From an uncultured Acidobacteriota bacterium (GTDB lineage Bacteria > Acidobacteriota > Blastocatellia > RBC074): a stretch of 64,000 bases of DNA. Of the stretch, positions 9,344 to 17,419 are shown in pieces. Each line of letters begins with the position of its first letter. The first letter of the stretch is position 1. The position numbers and the translations under genes are program-made. Location: positions 832,001-896,000 of the forward strand of contig CAWCKY010000006.1 of assembly GCA_963796275.1 (NCBI GenBank). The letters run 5' to 3'. Under the pieces are notes generated by a model, which worked only from the letters and a program-made list of their open reading frames with translations, was not told the DNA's origin and made no database searches.

Positions 9344-10375
9344 TCAGTTGACCATATCGTAACTCAGCCCCAAGGTTATGATCTTCTGCAGCAGAGTCTG
9401 GTATTCAACTCCGCAATGCTCTGCCGAATCGGAGAAGTCTTCATTATGCGCAATCTGCGGATTGGGATTCACTTCGAGCACGTAGATTCGGCCGTCGGCG
9501 GCCAACCGGTAGTCGATACGAGCGTAGCCGGTCAGGCCAAGGATACGATAGATACGTTTTGAGAGGTGCTCGAACTTCCTGTTTGTCTGTGGGTCAAGCT
9601 CGGCCGGCCGCGTCTCCAGGCCGATCTTTTTCTGATACCGGATGTCCCACTTAACCTTCCCAGTCGCAATGTTTGCCGCACCTTCGGGCAAGTTGTTTAT
9701 GATCAGCTCCCATGGAGTGTAAGCCTGTAATTTCCGATTACCTATTACCCCGACATATATCTCACGGCCCTCGATGTATTCCTCGACAATTGCTGCCGTC
9801 TGATTCTGCCGGTGGATGAATTCGACACGCTCCTTCAGTCGTTCGGCGTCCCTCACCAACGAGGCTTGAGATATCCCGACCGATCCCTCATCGCTCACCG
9901 ATTTGACGAATAACGGATACTGAAGTCGCGGCAGCCCTCCCGGCTTACGATTGATCGGAAACACGGCGAAACGAGGCACGTGAATGCGGTGATAGGCCAG
10001 AATTTTCTTGGTCAACGCTTTGTCACGCGCCAGCGTCAACCCTCGCGGATTGCATCCCGTGTACTTCTGTTTCATCAGTTCGAGATAACTGACCACGTGC
10101 TGGTCGAAGCACGGATAACCACCGAACTCTTCCAGCAGGTTGAACACTATATGTGGTTGATGCTCATCGATGGCTCCTCGGATTACGCCCAATTCGCTCC
10201 GCACCCCAACCGGCCAGACCTCGTGACCCATCGTCCGCAACGTAGAGACCACGTCATACTCGGTCCTCCAGTCTTCCAGCACTTTGTCTACTACATTATC
10301 GAGCGTGTCGGGCGGGATCAGGTCTTCAAGCATGAGCACGATGACGCGCAGCTTTTTTTTAAGTAGGCCGTTCAT
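9344..10375 (-). CDS. ATP-grasp ligase, D-Ala-D-Ala ligase-like
   Basis: FNLLEEF, YTGC, DKALTKKIL, PLFVKSVSDEGSVGIS, IVEEYIEGRE, GYARIDYRL, LEVNPNP. Start overlaps the upstream peptidase stop (ATGA). Confidence 0.9.
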   Translation of the reverse strand: MNGLLKKKLRVIVLMLEDLIPPDTLDNVVDKVLEDWRTEYDVVSTLRTMGHEVWPVGVRSELGVIRGAIDEHQPHIVFNLLEEFGGYPCFDQHVVSYLELMKQKYTGCNPRGLTLARDKALTKKILAYHRIHVPRFAVFPINRKPGGLPRLQYPLFVKSVSDEGSVGISQASLVRDAERLKERVEFIHRQNQTAAIVEEYIEGREIYVGVIGNRKLQAYTPWELIINNLPEGAANIATGKVKWDIRYQKKIGLETRPAELDPQTNRKFEHLSKRIYRILGLTGYARIDYRLAADGRIYVLEVNPNPQIAHNEDFSDSAEHCGVEYQTLLQKIITLGLSYDMVN

Positions 10376-11433
10376 AAAGCTATTCGGTGATAGCCGGAAT
10401 GGATTCCACTCATCGTCTGAGCCGTGAGCATCACTAATATCTTTTGGCTAGCCTGTTCCGGCGTCAGACTAACCTTCAACTTCAGGTCTCGACAGCGTTT
10501 GATCATCTCCCCGAACATCTGGTCGATGGCGTAAGGATGCACACCAGTTCCTTCCGCGACCTGACTGCAGAGCAGACGGCGATGGCGTCGGAGGAAACTG
10601 ACCGCGCTCGGATAGTGTTTGTTTCGCGTGTCGGTGGTAAAGATTCGCATGAGGTCACGGTCATAATCCGGCGGCCACATAAAGTCGAAAGACTTCCGCT
10701 TTTTCCGATAATGCTCCCGTAATGTTATGGTGATAAGGGGCAGCGTTTCGATTCGGTCGCGCGACTTGATCGCGGGCGTCTTTCCGACAAGCTCTTGCAT
10801 TACTTCATCGACATATTCCAGTTTACGCAGCGCCGGCCATCTCTCATACCGCTTCTTCCATCGTGATCCTTGTACCAGCCATACCGCGAAAGTCTCCGCG
10901 AAGTCCTCCGCCGGATGCGCCTGTGCGTACCAGGCGGGGAGATGTAAGACATAGTCTCGACTGTTAGGCTCGGGTCGATACCAATCAGGATAGGGCTGCG
11001 CATAGGGACCGAATAACGTGCGGTAACGCCGCCTGCTATGCAGATGAAACGCATTATCGATTGCGTGGCCCGCCTCATGCCTCATAATGCTGAGGCATTC
11101 TTTCTCGGTCCCACCTTCGACATGAAGCATTTGCTTGCGCTCGAGTCTCGACAACCGTGGATGCGAGAGATAAAAGGGAATGGCGAAGCCCGGGACTTTA
11201 TCGGGTGTAAACCATTCCTGCGACAACCAGACGTGAGGTTTGAACCGCAAGCCGCGAGCCTCGAGTTCTCGATATAGCCGCGCCACACGAAGCTCCAGGG
11301 GAGTCCCTTCGAGTCTCAACGGGAGGTCGCATACGCGCATATCGAGCAACTGCTCGTCCGAGAAATGATCAAGTTCCGTCCTGCGTGATACTCGCGCAAT
11401 GCCCATTGCAGCCATCGTGAATTTCATCTCCAT
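10372..11433 (-). CDS. Putative zinc-binding metallopeptidase (Peptidase_Mx-like zincin)
   Basis: HEAGH (HExxH) plus YAQAHPAEDFAETFAVWL. Start codon uncertain by a few residues. Confidence 0.85.
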   Translation of the reverse strand: MEMKFTMAAMGIARVSRRTELDHFSDEQLLDMRVCDLPLRLEGTPLELRVARLYRELEARGLRFKPHVWLSQEWFTPDKVPGFAIPFYLSHPRLSRLERKQMLHVEGGTEKECLSIMRHEAGHAIDNAFHLHSRRRYRTLFGPYAQPYPDWYRPEPNSRDYVLHLPAWYAQAHPAEDFAETFAVWLVQGSRWKKRYERWPALRKLEYVDEVMQELVGKTPAIKSRDRIETLPLITITLREHYRKKRKSFDFMWPPDYDRDLMRIFTTDTRNKHYPSAVSFLRRHRRLLCSQVAEGTGVHPYAIDQMFGEMIKRCRDLKLKVSLTPEQASQKILVMLTAQTMSGIHSGYHRIAL

Positions 11434-11469
11434 TCAAATCAACCAGAGTGGCCGGGTTAGTCGAAGTTA

Positions 11470-11716
11470 CAATGACACATCGTTCCCCGGTCGGAGAACC
11501 TCTCGTGATAGACCTTGCGAACCAACCGCCTGTTTCCATCTCGCACAGCGTCTGGATCAGCATCTTCCTGCCGATGTCAGGGGACAAGCCGTTTAAGCTC
11601 CCAAAGCGGCGCGGCTCGGATTGGAGCTGCCATAAGATCAGTACTTTCCATTTACCGCCGATTACATCCAGCGCTGCTTCTAGCCCGCAACTGTAGAGTC
11701 GTTGTTTACTAACCAA
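11470..11716 (-). pseudogene. HxlR-family winged-helix regulator, frameshifted and truncated
   Basis: YSCGLEAALDVIGGKWKVLILWQL is intact. The expected ELKRLVP and LVRKVYHE segments are found in shifted frames. Confidence 0.75.
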
Positions 11717-11886
11717 ATGGTAGGTACCATACAAAACAGTGGGTGCTTGAATAAGCTTAACCATCAACCTGGTATCACGCAAGCGGCGGGTATCTACATG
11801 ATGAATATTTGCTAACCGTAAGCTCAGCTTGTTGATTACCTCGGGTGGAACCCCGAAGGCGTACCGGATGGACTACGACCATAGAC

Positions 11887-12030
11887 GCCGAATTGCCCGG
11901 CATTTCACTATTGTTTCCGATTATGAATGTGGTTAACTGCGCTTGCTGGCGAATTGATCGATAACGCTGGCACAGATTCTGGATTGCTCAGCGGATGAAA
12001 TTTTTAGACTTGCAAAAACCAATTCCGAAA
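11887..12030 (+). pseudogene. XRE-family HTH remnant
   Basis: One frame reads TIVSDYECG*LRLLAN*SITLAQILDCSADEIFRLAK, resembling xVSDYExGxxR...LAxILxxSxDEI of XRE regulators, with two in-frame stops. Confidence 0.45.
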
Positions 12031-12138
12031 ATCGAAGCAGGCAATCTTCGTAAAACCGATTGCCTGAAGATCAATAATATCGGACGTACAATGCGTGTTC
12101 CAATTCTGAATCGTTAATCTGCTTGATATTGGCGACAC

Positions 12139-13107
12139 TCACTTTTGATCTTTACTGGCATTCATTAGCTCTCTGATAGTTTTGATGCGCTCTTCGAGTT
12201 TGGATTTCAAACTCGGATCGAGCTTCAAGCACTGTTCGAAATCTTCTTCGGCTTCTTTATCTTTGCGCTGACGCAGCAGCGCCAGCCCTCGATCGCCATA
12301 GGGGAGAGCGAATCGTGGATCGAGTTCGATTGCGCGGTTGAACTCAGCGATGGCCTGCACCAGATCCCCTCGTTCACGAAGAGTGATGCCGCGGCCGTAA
12401 TATCCCCAAGGTAAATGCGGATCGATCTTGATGGCTTGATTGAAGTCGGCAAGGGCGCCGCTGATATCGCCGGCTTCTCTGCGCGTATTGCCGCGATTGC
12501 AGTATATCGTCGCCTGTGTCGGGCTGAGCGCGATTGCCTGGTCGAAATCCGATAGCGCTCCTTCCAATTCGCCTTTATCTCGGCGGACGTTCCCTCGGTT
12601 GTTGAATGTCTCCGCATCACGCGGGTTGATCTTGATCGCCTGATCGAAATCGGCCAGCGCGCCGTCGAGGTCACCCTCCTCGTAACGGATGCTTCCGCGG
12701 TTGTTGTAGGCCTCAACCAGGCGGGGATTGATTACAACAGCCCGATTGCAATCGGAGAGTGCGGCTTCATTATCGCCTTTCCGGTACCTCGCTAAGCAGC
12801 GATTGGTATAGGCCAGGGCAGAGAATGGGTCGAGGACCCTAATCCCCTCATCATCCGAGAGGGCGGTTTGACGGAAATCAGAGCTCTGCCGACGGCCCTG
12901 GTCCAGACGGGAGCTGCATTCGATCGCTCGCGTGTAGTCGGCGATCGCGCCGTCATAATCTCCCTTTCTGAATCGGTCATTCCCGCGGTTGTAATGGTCG
13001 ATCGCATCCCTGTTCGCAGCCACTGGCATTTGCGCGACAATGAATAGTGGTGAGATCAGAATAAAGAATAGAGATCTAAAGAATAGATATCTATAGACGT
13101 GAACCAT
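12139..13107 (-). CDS. Tetratricopeptide-repeat protein with signal peptide
   Basis: About seven 34-aa units of the form AYNNRG...GD..GA.ADF.QAI.INP. GGAGG RBS upstream. Confidence 0.9.
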   Translation of the reverse strand: MVHVYRYLFFRSLFFILISPLFIVAQMPVAANRDAIDHYNRGNDRFRKGDYDGAIADYTRAIECSSRLDQGRRQSSDFRQTALSDDEGIRVLDPFSALAYTNRCLARYRKGDNEAALSDCNRAVVINPRLVEAYNNRGSIRYEEGDLDGALADFDQAIKINPRDAETFNNRGNVRRDKGELEGALSDFDQAIALSPTQATIYCNRGNTRREAGDISGALADFNQAIKIDPHLPWGYYGRGITLRERGDLVQAIAEFNRAIELDPRFALPYGDRGLALLRQRKDKEAEEDFEQCLKLDPSLKSKLEERIKTIRELMNASKDQK

Positions 13108-13266
13108 AGCTAGCCTCCTGTCACTGAGTTGGGAGGATCAATACTCTTTCGCTACTTGCGGAAGGCACTTTGCTGGGGTAACAATTTATCTACACATATA
13201 TCTACACATTTATGATCGAGAACGTTCGAGAAATGTGCGCGAAAGAGGAGCTGATGCAGTCAATTT

Positions 13267-13281
13267 CGTAAAATAATTACG
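13267..13281. promoter_or_regulatory. Candidate RpiR/HexR-type operator
   Basis: Inverted repeat CGTAA-aataa-TTACG just upstream of 13298, similar in geometry to HexR boxes (TGTAA-N5-TTACA). An RpiR gene lies adjacent. Confidence 0.35.
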
Positions 13282-13297
13282 GGAAAATACATAAATA

Positions 13298-14662
13298 ATG
13301 ATCAACTCCTCTGGAATGGATGATGGTGTTCGATTTCGCTATTTTTCTTTGTTTCGGATAAACTGCGCGGCATGGAGCTACGAGATACTCGAAGCGTTAA
13401 AAAAAGAACCTCTGGATGAGTGGCATAAAGGGCTTCCAGCCGGATCGCGAACCGCGCCGAATGAAGCGGGCGGGCGGCGATGGAACATCCTAAACGGCGA
13501 TCTGCCTTTTCCATTGCTCTTGCTAAAAGAGGCTGCGCTCGATCATAACCTGCGGACGATGGCGGAATGGTGCAATCGCAATAATCTTCTGCTAGCGCCG
13601 CACGGCAAAACGACGATGTGCCCGCAAATCTTCGAGCGGCAGATCGAGCATGGCGCGTGGGCGATGACGGTCGCCAATGCGGCACAGGCGTCGATCTGCA
13701 TACGGTTCGGCATCACGCGTATCATAATTGGAAACCAGGTGGTCGACAGCGAAAGCCTGCGCCGGCTGGCACTAATGCTAAATAATGATGCCGAAATATA
13801 TTGCCTGGTCGACAGCATCGCGGGAGCCAGACGACTCGGTGCCGGTCTGGAAAGATTTGGGGCAAAAAAGCCGGTCAATGTCCTGATCGAATTGGGACGG
13901 AATGGCTGGCGCGCCGGGGTTAGGACTCCCGAGGCGGGTATGGAAGTCTACGCTGAAGCCGCGCGCCATCAGTCGCTGCTGCGCGTACGCGGTCTCGAGG
14001 CATTTGAAGGATTGGCCTCGTCGCCCGACGGGTCCGACGCCGAAGCGAGGATCGTCGATGAGTTTCTCGATGATCTTCACAGGATGGGAGAATTATTGCG
14101 CGCTGAGTTTCCGACGAGTGAAAGGCCGATAATCAGCGCGGGTGGGAGCGCTTTTCTCGACCGCGTCTTGAAACTTGCGCGATCGAGCGCCGGCGACTTT
14201 CAGTTCGTAGTTCGCAGCGGCTGTTACGTGACACATGATCACCAGCAGTACCAGAGGAAGCAGGAGGCCTGGCTGGCGCGTTCAAGTGATGAAGATCGGC
14301 TCCCTCGATTTATACCGGCCCTCGAAATGTGGGGCTGCGTGCAATCGGTTCCCCAATCGGATCGCGCCATTCTCAACTTCGGGAAACGCGACTGCTCGTT
14401 CGATCTCGGGCTGCCGCAGCCGCTCATCGCTTATTCCGAAGGGCAGACGGCTGGTCAGGGCAGGGAATTGAAATCATCGCAGATCACCGTGTTTAACGAT
14501 CAACATGCCTACCTCGATTTCGGCGGCGAGGACCGGTTCGAAATAGGCGATCTGGTCTGCTGTGGAATCTCGCACCCATGCACTTGTTTCGATAAATGGG
14601 GCGTCATTCCCGTGGTCAATGACGATTATGATGTGGTCGATCTCTACCGTACTTTCTTCTAG
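13298..14662 (+). CDS. PLP-dependent D-serine dehydratase-like / D-amino-acid deaminase (alanine-racemase fold, DSD1-like)
   Basis: LAPHGKTTMCPQIF (PLP Lys), SAGGSA, RSGCYVTHD, GKRD.SFD, NDQHAYL, GISHPCTCFDKW. Start uncertain. Confidence 0.88.
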   Translation: MINSSGMDDGVRFRYFSLFRINCAAWSYEILEALKKEPLDEWHKGLPAGSRTAPNEAGGRRWNILNGDLPFPLLLLKEAALDHNLRTMAEWCNRNNLLLAPHGKTTMCPQIFERQIEHGAWAMTVANAAQASICIRFGITRIIIGNQVVDSESLRRLALMLNNDAEIYCLVDSIAGARRLGAGLERFGAKKPVNVLIELGRNGWRAGVRTPEAGMEVYAEAARHQSLLRVRGLEAFEGLASSPDGSDAEARIVDEFLDDLHRMGELLRAEFPTSERPIISAGGSAFLDRVLKLARSSAGDFQFVVRSGCYVTHDHQQYQRKQEAWLARSSDEDRLPRFIPALEMWGCVQSVPQSDRAILNFGKRDCSFDLGLPQPLIAYSEGQTAGQGRELKSSQITVFNDQHAYLDFGGEDRFEIGDLVCCGISHPCTCFDKWGVIPVVNDDYDVVDLYRTFF

Positions 14663-14870
14663 CAGAAATGCAGAAATCCCCCCGTCTCTTGTCTTCTCCT
14701 AACTGCCTGTGCGACCGGATTTTGGGAAGGTCAGATCGACTTTGGGGCCTATGAAAGATCCGCACATTTGACTATAATCCGGCGTAATTGGCAGCGGTTT
14801 ATACCCTAATGGCTGAGGACGCTGCCGAACGGGGGGGCCGAAAGGCTCCCTCACTAGCGCCTTGGTAGTT

Positions 14871-15791
14871 TTAATAATCCACGTACCAGCGATTCCCTGA
14901 AGTGAATTCCTTTTCGTATTCGTGCAGGACTTTGAGCGTGCGCTTCGGGTTCAGATGCGCGCACGCTTCGATGATCGTATTGATCATCGCCACCGGGCTG
15001 ATGTAAGAGCCGGTGAAGATGGGACTGGAGATGGGGGCGATGAGATAATTGTCAGAATACTTCGCGATCGGTGTGGTGCTGCTGTCGGTGATCCCGAAAG
15101 TGATTGCGCCCTGCCGGTGGGCGCGTTGCACGGCCTCGACGCTCTCGCGCAAGCAGCGCCCGAAGCTGATGGAGATAAGCATATCTTTCGCGTCCAGAAT
15201 CTTGACCTTATGCAACAGGTTGCCGGCGCTCCCGATGGGCGCCTCAGCATTGAACCCCATCGCCGACAGTCCATAAGCGAGAAGATAGGAGAGCGAGGCT
15301 GCCAGATCGACTCCGACCACAACTATTCGCCGCGCCCGGTGAATGAGCCGGGCAAGCTCGAGAACTTGTGCCGTATCCAGACTATTCTTCATCTTGTGCA
15401 GTGTCTCGATCTCCTTATCGATATTGCGTCTCAGCCTGTCCGCTAATGTCTGTTTCTCTCGCGCGGCAGCCTGCATGACGGTGTATGGCGTGATCCGCGT
15501 CACGAAATGGCGGCGGAGGTCGGCAGCGAAATCGGCAAACCGCTCGTAACCCAGCACCTGGATCGTCCGGACGATCGTGGCTGCGTCCAGCCCGAAGCGC
15601 CTGCCCAGTTCGCGCGAGGAGAGAAAATATATCTCCTCGGGGTTGCTCAGGATCGACTTCATCATTTGACTGCGCCTGGGGCTGAGACGCGATTGAGCCT
15701 CGGCAAACCGCTGCTCGAGTTGAGTCGGCGAGGCTGTCGATAGATTGCTATTAGAGTTAATTGTGGAATCTCTGGATGTCTTTGAAGCCAT
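14871..15791 (-). CDS. MurR/RpiR family transcriptional regulator (HTH plus SIS)
   Basis: SSRELG....D.ATIVR..Q.LGY..F.DF HTH. SIS motifs DMLISISFGR and ITDSSTTPIA. Confidence 0.92.
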   Translation of the reverse strand: MASKTSRDSTINSNSNLSTASPTQLEQRFAEAQSRLSPRRSQMMKSILSNPEEIYFLSSRELGRRFGLDAATIVRTIQVLGYERFADFAADLRRHFVTRITPYTVMQAAAREKQTLADRLRRNIDKEIETLHKMKNSLDTAQVLELARLIHRARRIVVVGVDLAASLSYLLAYGLSAMGFNAEAPIGSAGNLLHKVKILDAKDMLISISFGRCLRESVEAVQRAHRQGAITFGITDSSTTPIAKYSDNYLIAPISSPIFTGSYISPVAMINTIIEACAHLNPKRTLKVLHEYEKEFTSGNRWYVDY

Positions 15792-15982
15792 GATTACGAC
15801 TCGAAATGATTCAATCCCCTAAACGGCGTATGGGGGATGGTTGGCTCATCCTGCTGGAGAAAGAACCTTTCTTGAATTCCCACAACAGTGTCGAGGGATT
15901 CGATGTCAATGTACGGGGTTGTGTAAGTAGAGCCAATACAACTCCACTGATTACCGTCGGGAGGATTCTAAAGCAAAGCCTT

Positions 15983-17200
15983 TCACTCTTGTACTGACCA
16001 TATCTGCGCCAGGACCCGCTTGAAGTTCCCACCGAGGATTCCCTCGATATCCTTACCGTTGTACTTGCGGCGAATCAATCCTTCAGTCAAATCGAACATG
16101 CGCTTCGAATGATTGAGCCCTTCGATGTCGATCTTCTCGCGAAAACCGTAGCTTCCCTTGTAACCGGCGCGCAGCTGTTTATTTTGTTCCGGCGGCATCG
16201 CGTCGTATCCGAAAAGGTCGATATCGCTTCCCACTCCCAGGTGTTCGGGGCCGATCAGCTTCGCCACGTGGTCGAAATGATTGAGCGCGTCCTCGATCGT
16301 CGTAGGCTCATCGTTTTTGACGAACATGCGCACACCGGTGATCCCCATGACGCTTCCCGCCGCGCCGATCCGCTTGATCGCCTCGTCGCTCTTGCAGCGT
16401 GGATGATCGGGCGCGAGCGAACGACAGTTGGAATGTGTGATGAGCACCGGTCTTTTGGATATCTCGAAAGCGTCGAGCGTCGTTCTGTCGCCGCAGTGCG
16501 ACACGTCGATGGCCATCCCCGCTTTGTTCATCCGCTCGATGATCGCCGCTCCGAAATCGCTGATGCCTTCATCGCGCCGCTCGGTTGAACCGTTGCCTAT
16601 CAGATTGCGCGAGTTGTAGGTCAGTTGCGAGACGCGCTGGCCCAGACCGCGAAAGAAGTCCACATCGGCCGGGCGGCGAAAGTGATCGGAATTCTGCAGC
16701 CCGAGCAGGATGCCGATCCTGCCCGATGACTTCACGCGGTCGAAGTCCGACGTGCTGTCGACCCGCATGAAATGTTCGCCCTGCCCGGCGATGAAGCCGT
16801 TCCACGAGGCGAAGAATTTGAGGGCCTCCTGGAATGCCTCCGCACCGCCGAGCCCGACGGCGGGATGAAGGACGTTGATGCCGGAATCCTTGAAGGGCTG
16901 GAGGTCTGCGCTCGTGAATCTCTCGGGGTCGGCAAACCACTTCGCCTGCTTCGAAGAATCGAGCGTCAGCAGGCCGAGCATGTCGATCACGGTCGACCCG
17001 TTGACCAGATCGATCGCACGCGCGGAGTACTCAATACCCGAATTTGCGAATATTCGATAGCGCCCGCGATTGATCATCGGAGCGAAAACGGGTGCAACAA
17101 GTGTTGACGCGATGGTGAGGGCGGTCCTTTTCAGCATCGCGCGGCGAGCCAGAGGAGTCCCGTTCAGGTCTGTCATCAAAACACTTCGATCATTAACCAT
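15983..17200 (-). CDS. Membrane dipeptidase (M19/renal dipeptidase family), probable Tat substrate
   Basis: ATG 17200 with GGAGG RBS. RRAMLK twin-arginine motif. QLTYNSRN, IDVSHCG, THSNCR, HPRCKSD, GVGSDID, ILGGNF. Confidence 0.9.
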   Translation of the reverse strand: MVNDRSVLMTDLNGTPLARRAMLKRTALTIASTLVAPVFAPMINRGRYRIFANSGIEYSARAIDLVNGSTVIDMLGLLTLDSSKQAKWFADPERFTSADLQPFKDSGINVLHPAVGLGGAEAFQEALKFFASWNGFIAGQGEHFMRVDSTSDFDRVKSSGRIGILLGLQNSDHFRRPADVDFFRGLGQRVSQLTYNSRNLIGNGSTERRDEGISDFGAAIIERMNKAGMAIDVSHCGDRTTLDAFEISKRPVLITHSNCRSLAPDHPRCKSDEAIKRIGAAGSVMGITGVRMFVKNDEPTTIEDALNHFDHVAKLIGPEHLGVGSDIDLFGYDAMPPEQNKQLRAGYKGSYGFREKIDIEGLNHSKRMFDLTEGLIRRKYNGKDIEGILGGNFKRVLAQIWSVQE

Positions 17201-17299
17201 TGATGAAAAGCCTCCATATAGTCGGTGGAACAGGACGCCCGTAGTAATTGTTCGAGGACCTCCTGCCCGGCGCACAGTCTATTGCAGCATGAGAGGCGA

Positions 17300-17352
17300 T
17301 TGCAATATTCGTTGCAAAATCGCTTGACATCATTTTCGCCGCTTGTTATAGA
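17300..17352 (+). promoter_or_regulatory. Candidate sigma70 promoter for the TBDR with adjacent TTGCAA-N6-TTGCAA palindrome
   Basis: TTGACA 17324-17329, 17-bp spacer, TATAGA 17347-17352. The palindrome at 17300-17317 lies in the divergent intergenic region. Confidence 0.45.
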
Positions 17353-17419
17353 TGCGCCCATCGTACTGCAAAACCATCGACGAGCCGAACAAATTAATCG
17401 AATAGAGAGGAATGAGGTT

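Noticed and set aside
9344-10375. Calling the ATP-grasp gene ddl, or linking it with the M15 peptidase as a van-type resistance cluster
   Set aside because: It lacks the GGxSxE N-terminal motif, there is no vanH/vanX/vanRS, and the M15 gene is 7 kb away on the other strand.
11968-11983. tggcacagattctgg as a sigma-54 promoter
   Set aside because: It has GG instead of the required GC at -12, lies inside the XRE remnant and has no downstream gene on that strand.
14813-14850. CTGAGGA...GAAA suggesting a hammerhead ribozyme
   Set aside because: The bases flanking the would-be stem II do not pair, and the GAAA is a tetraloop rather than the core element.
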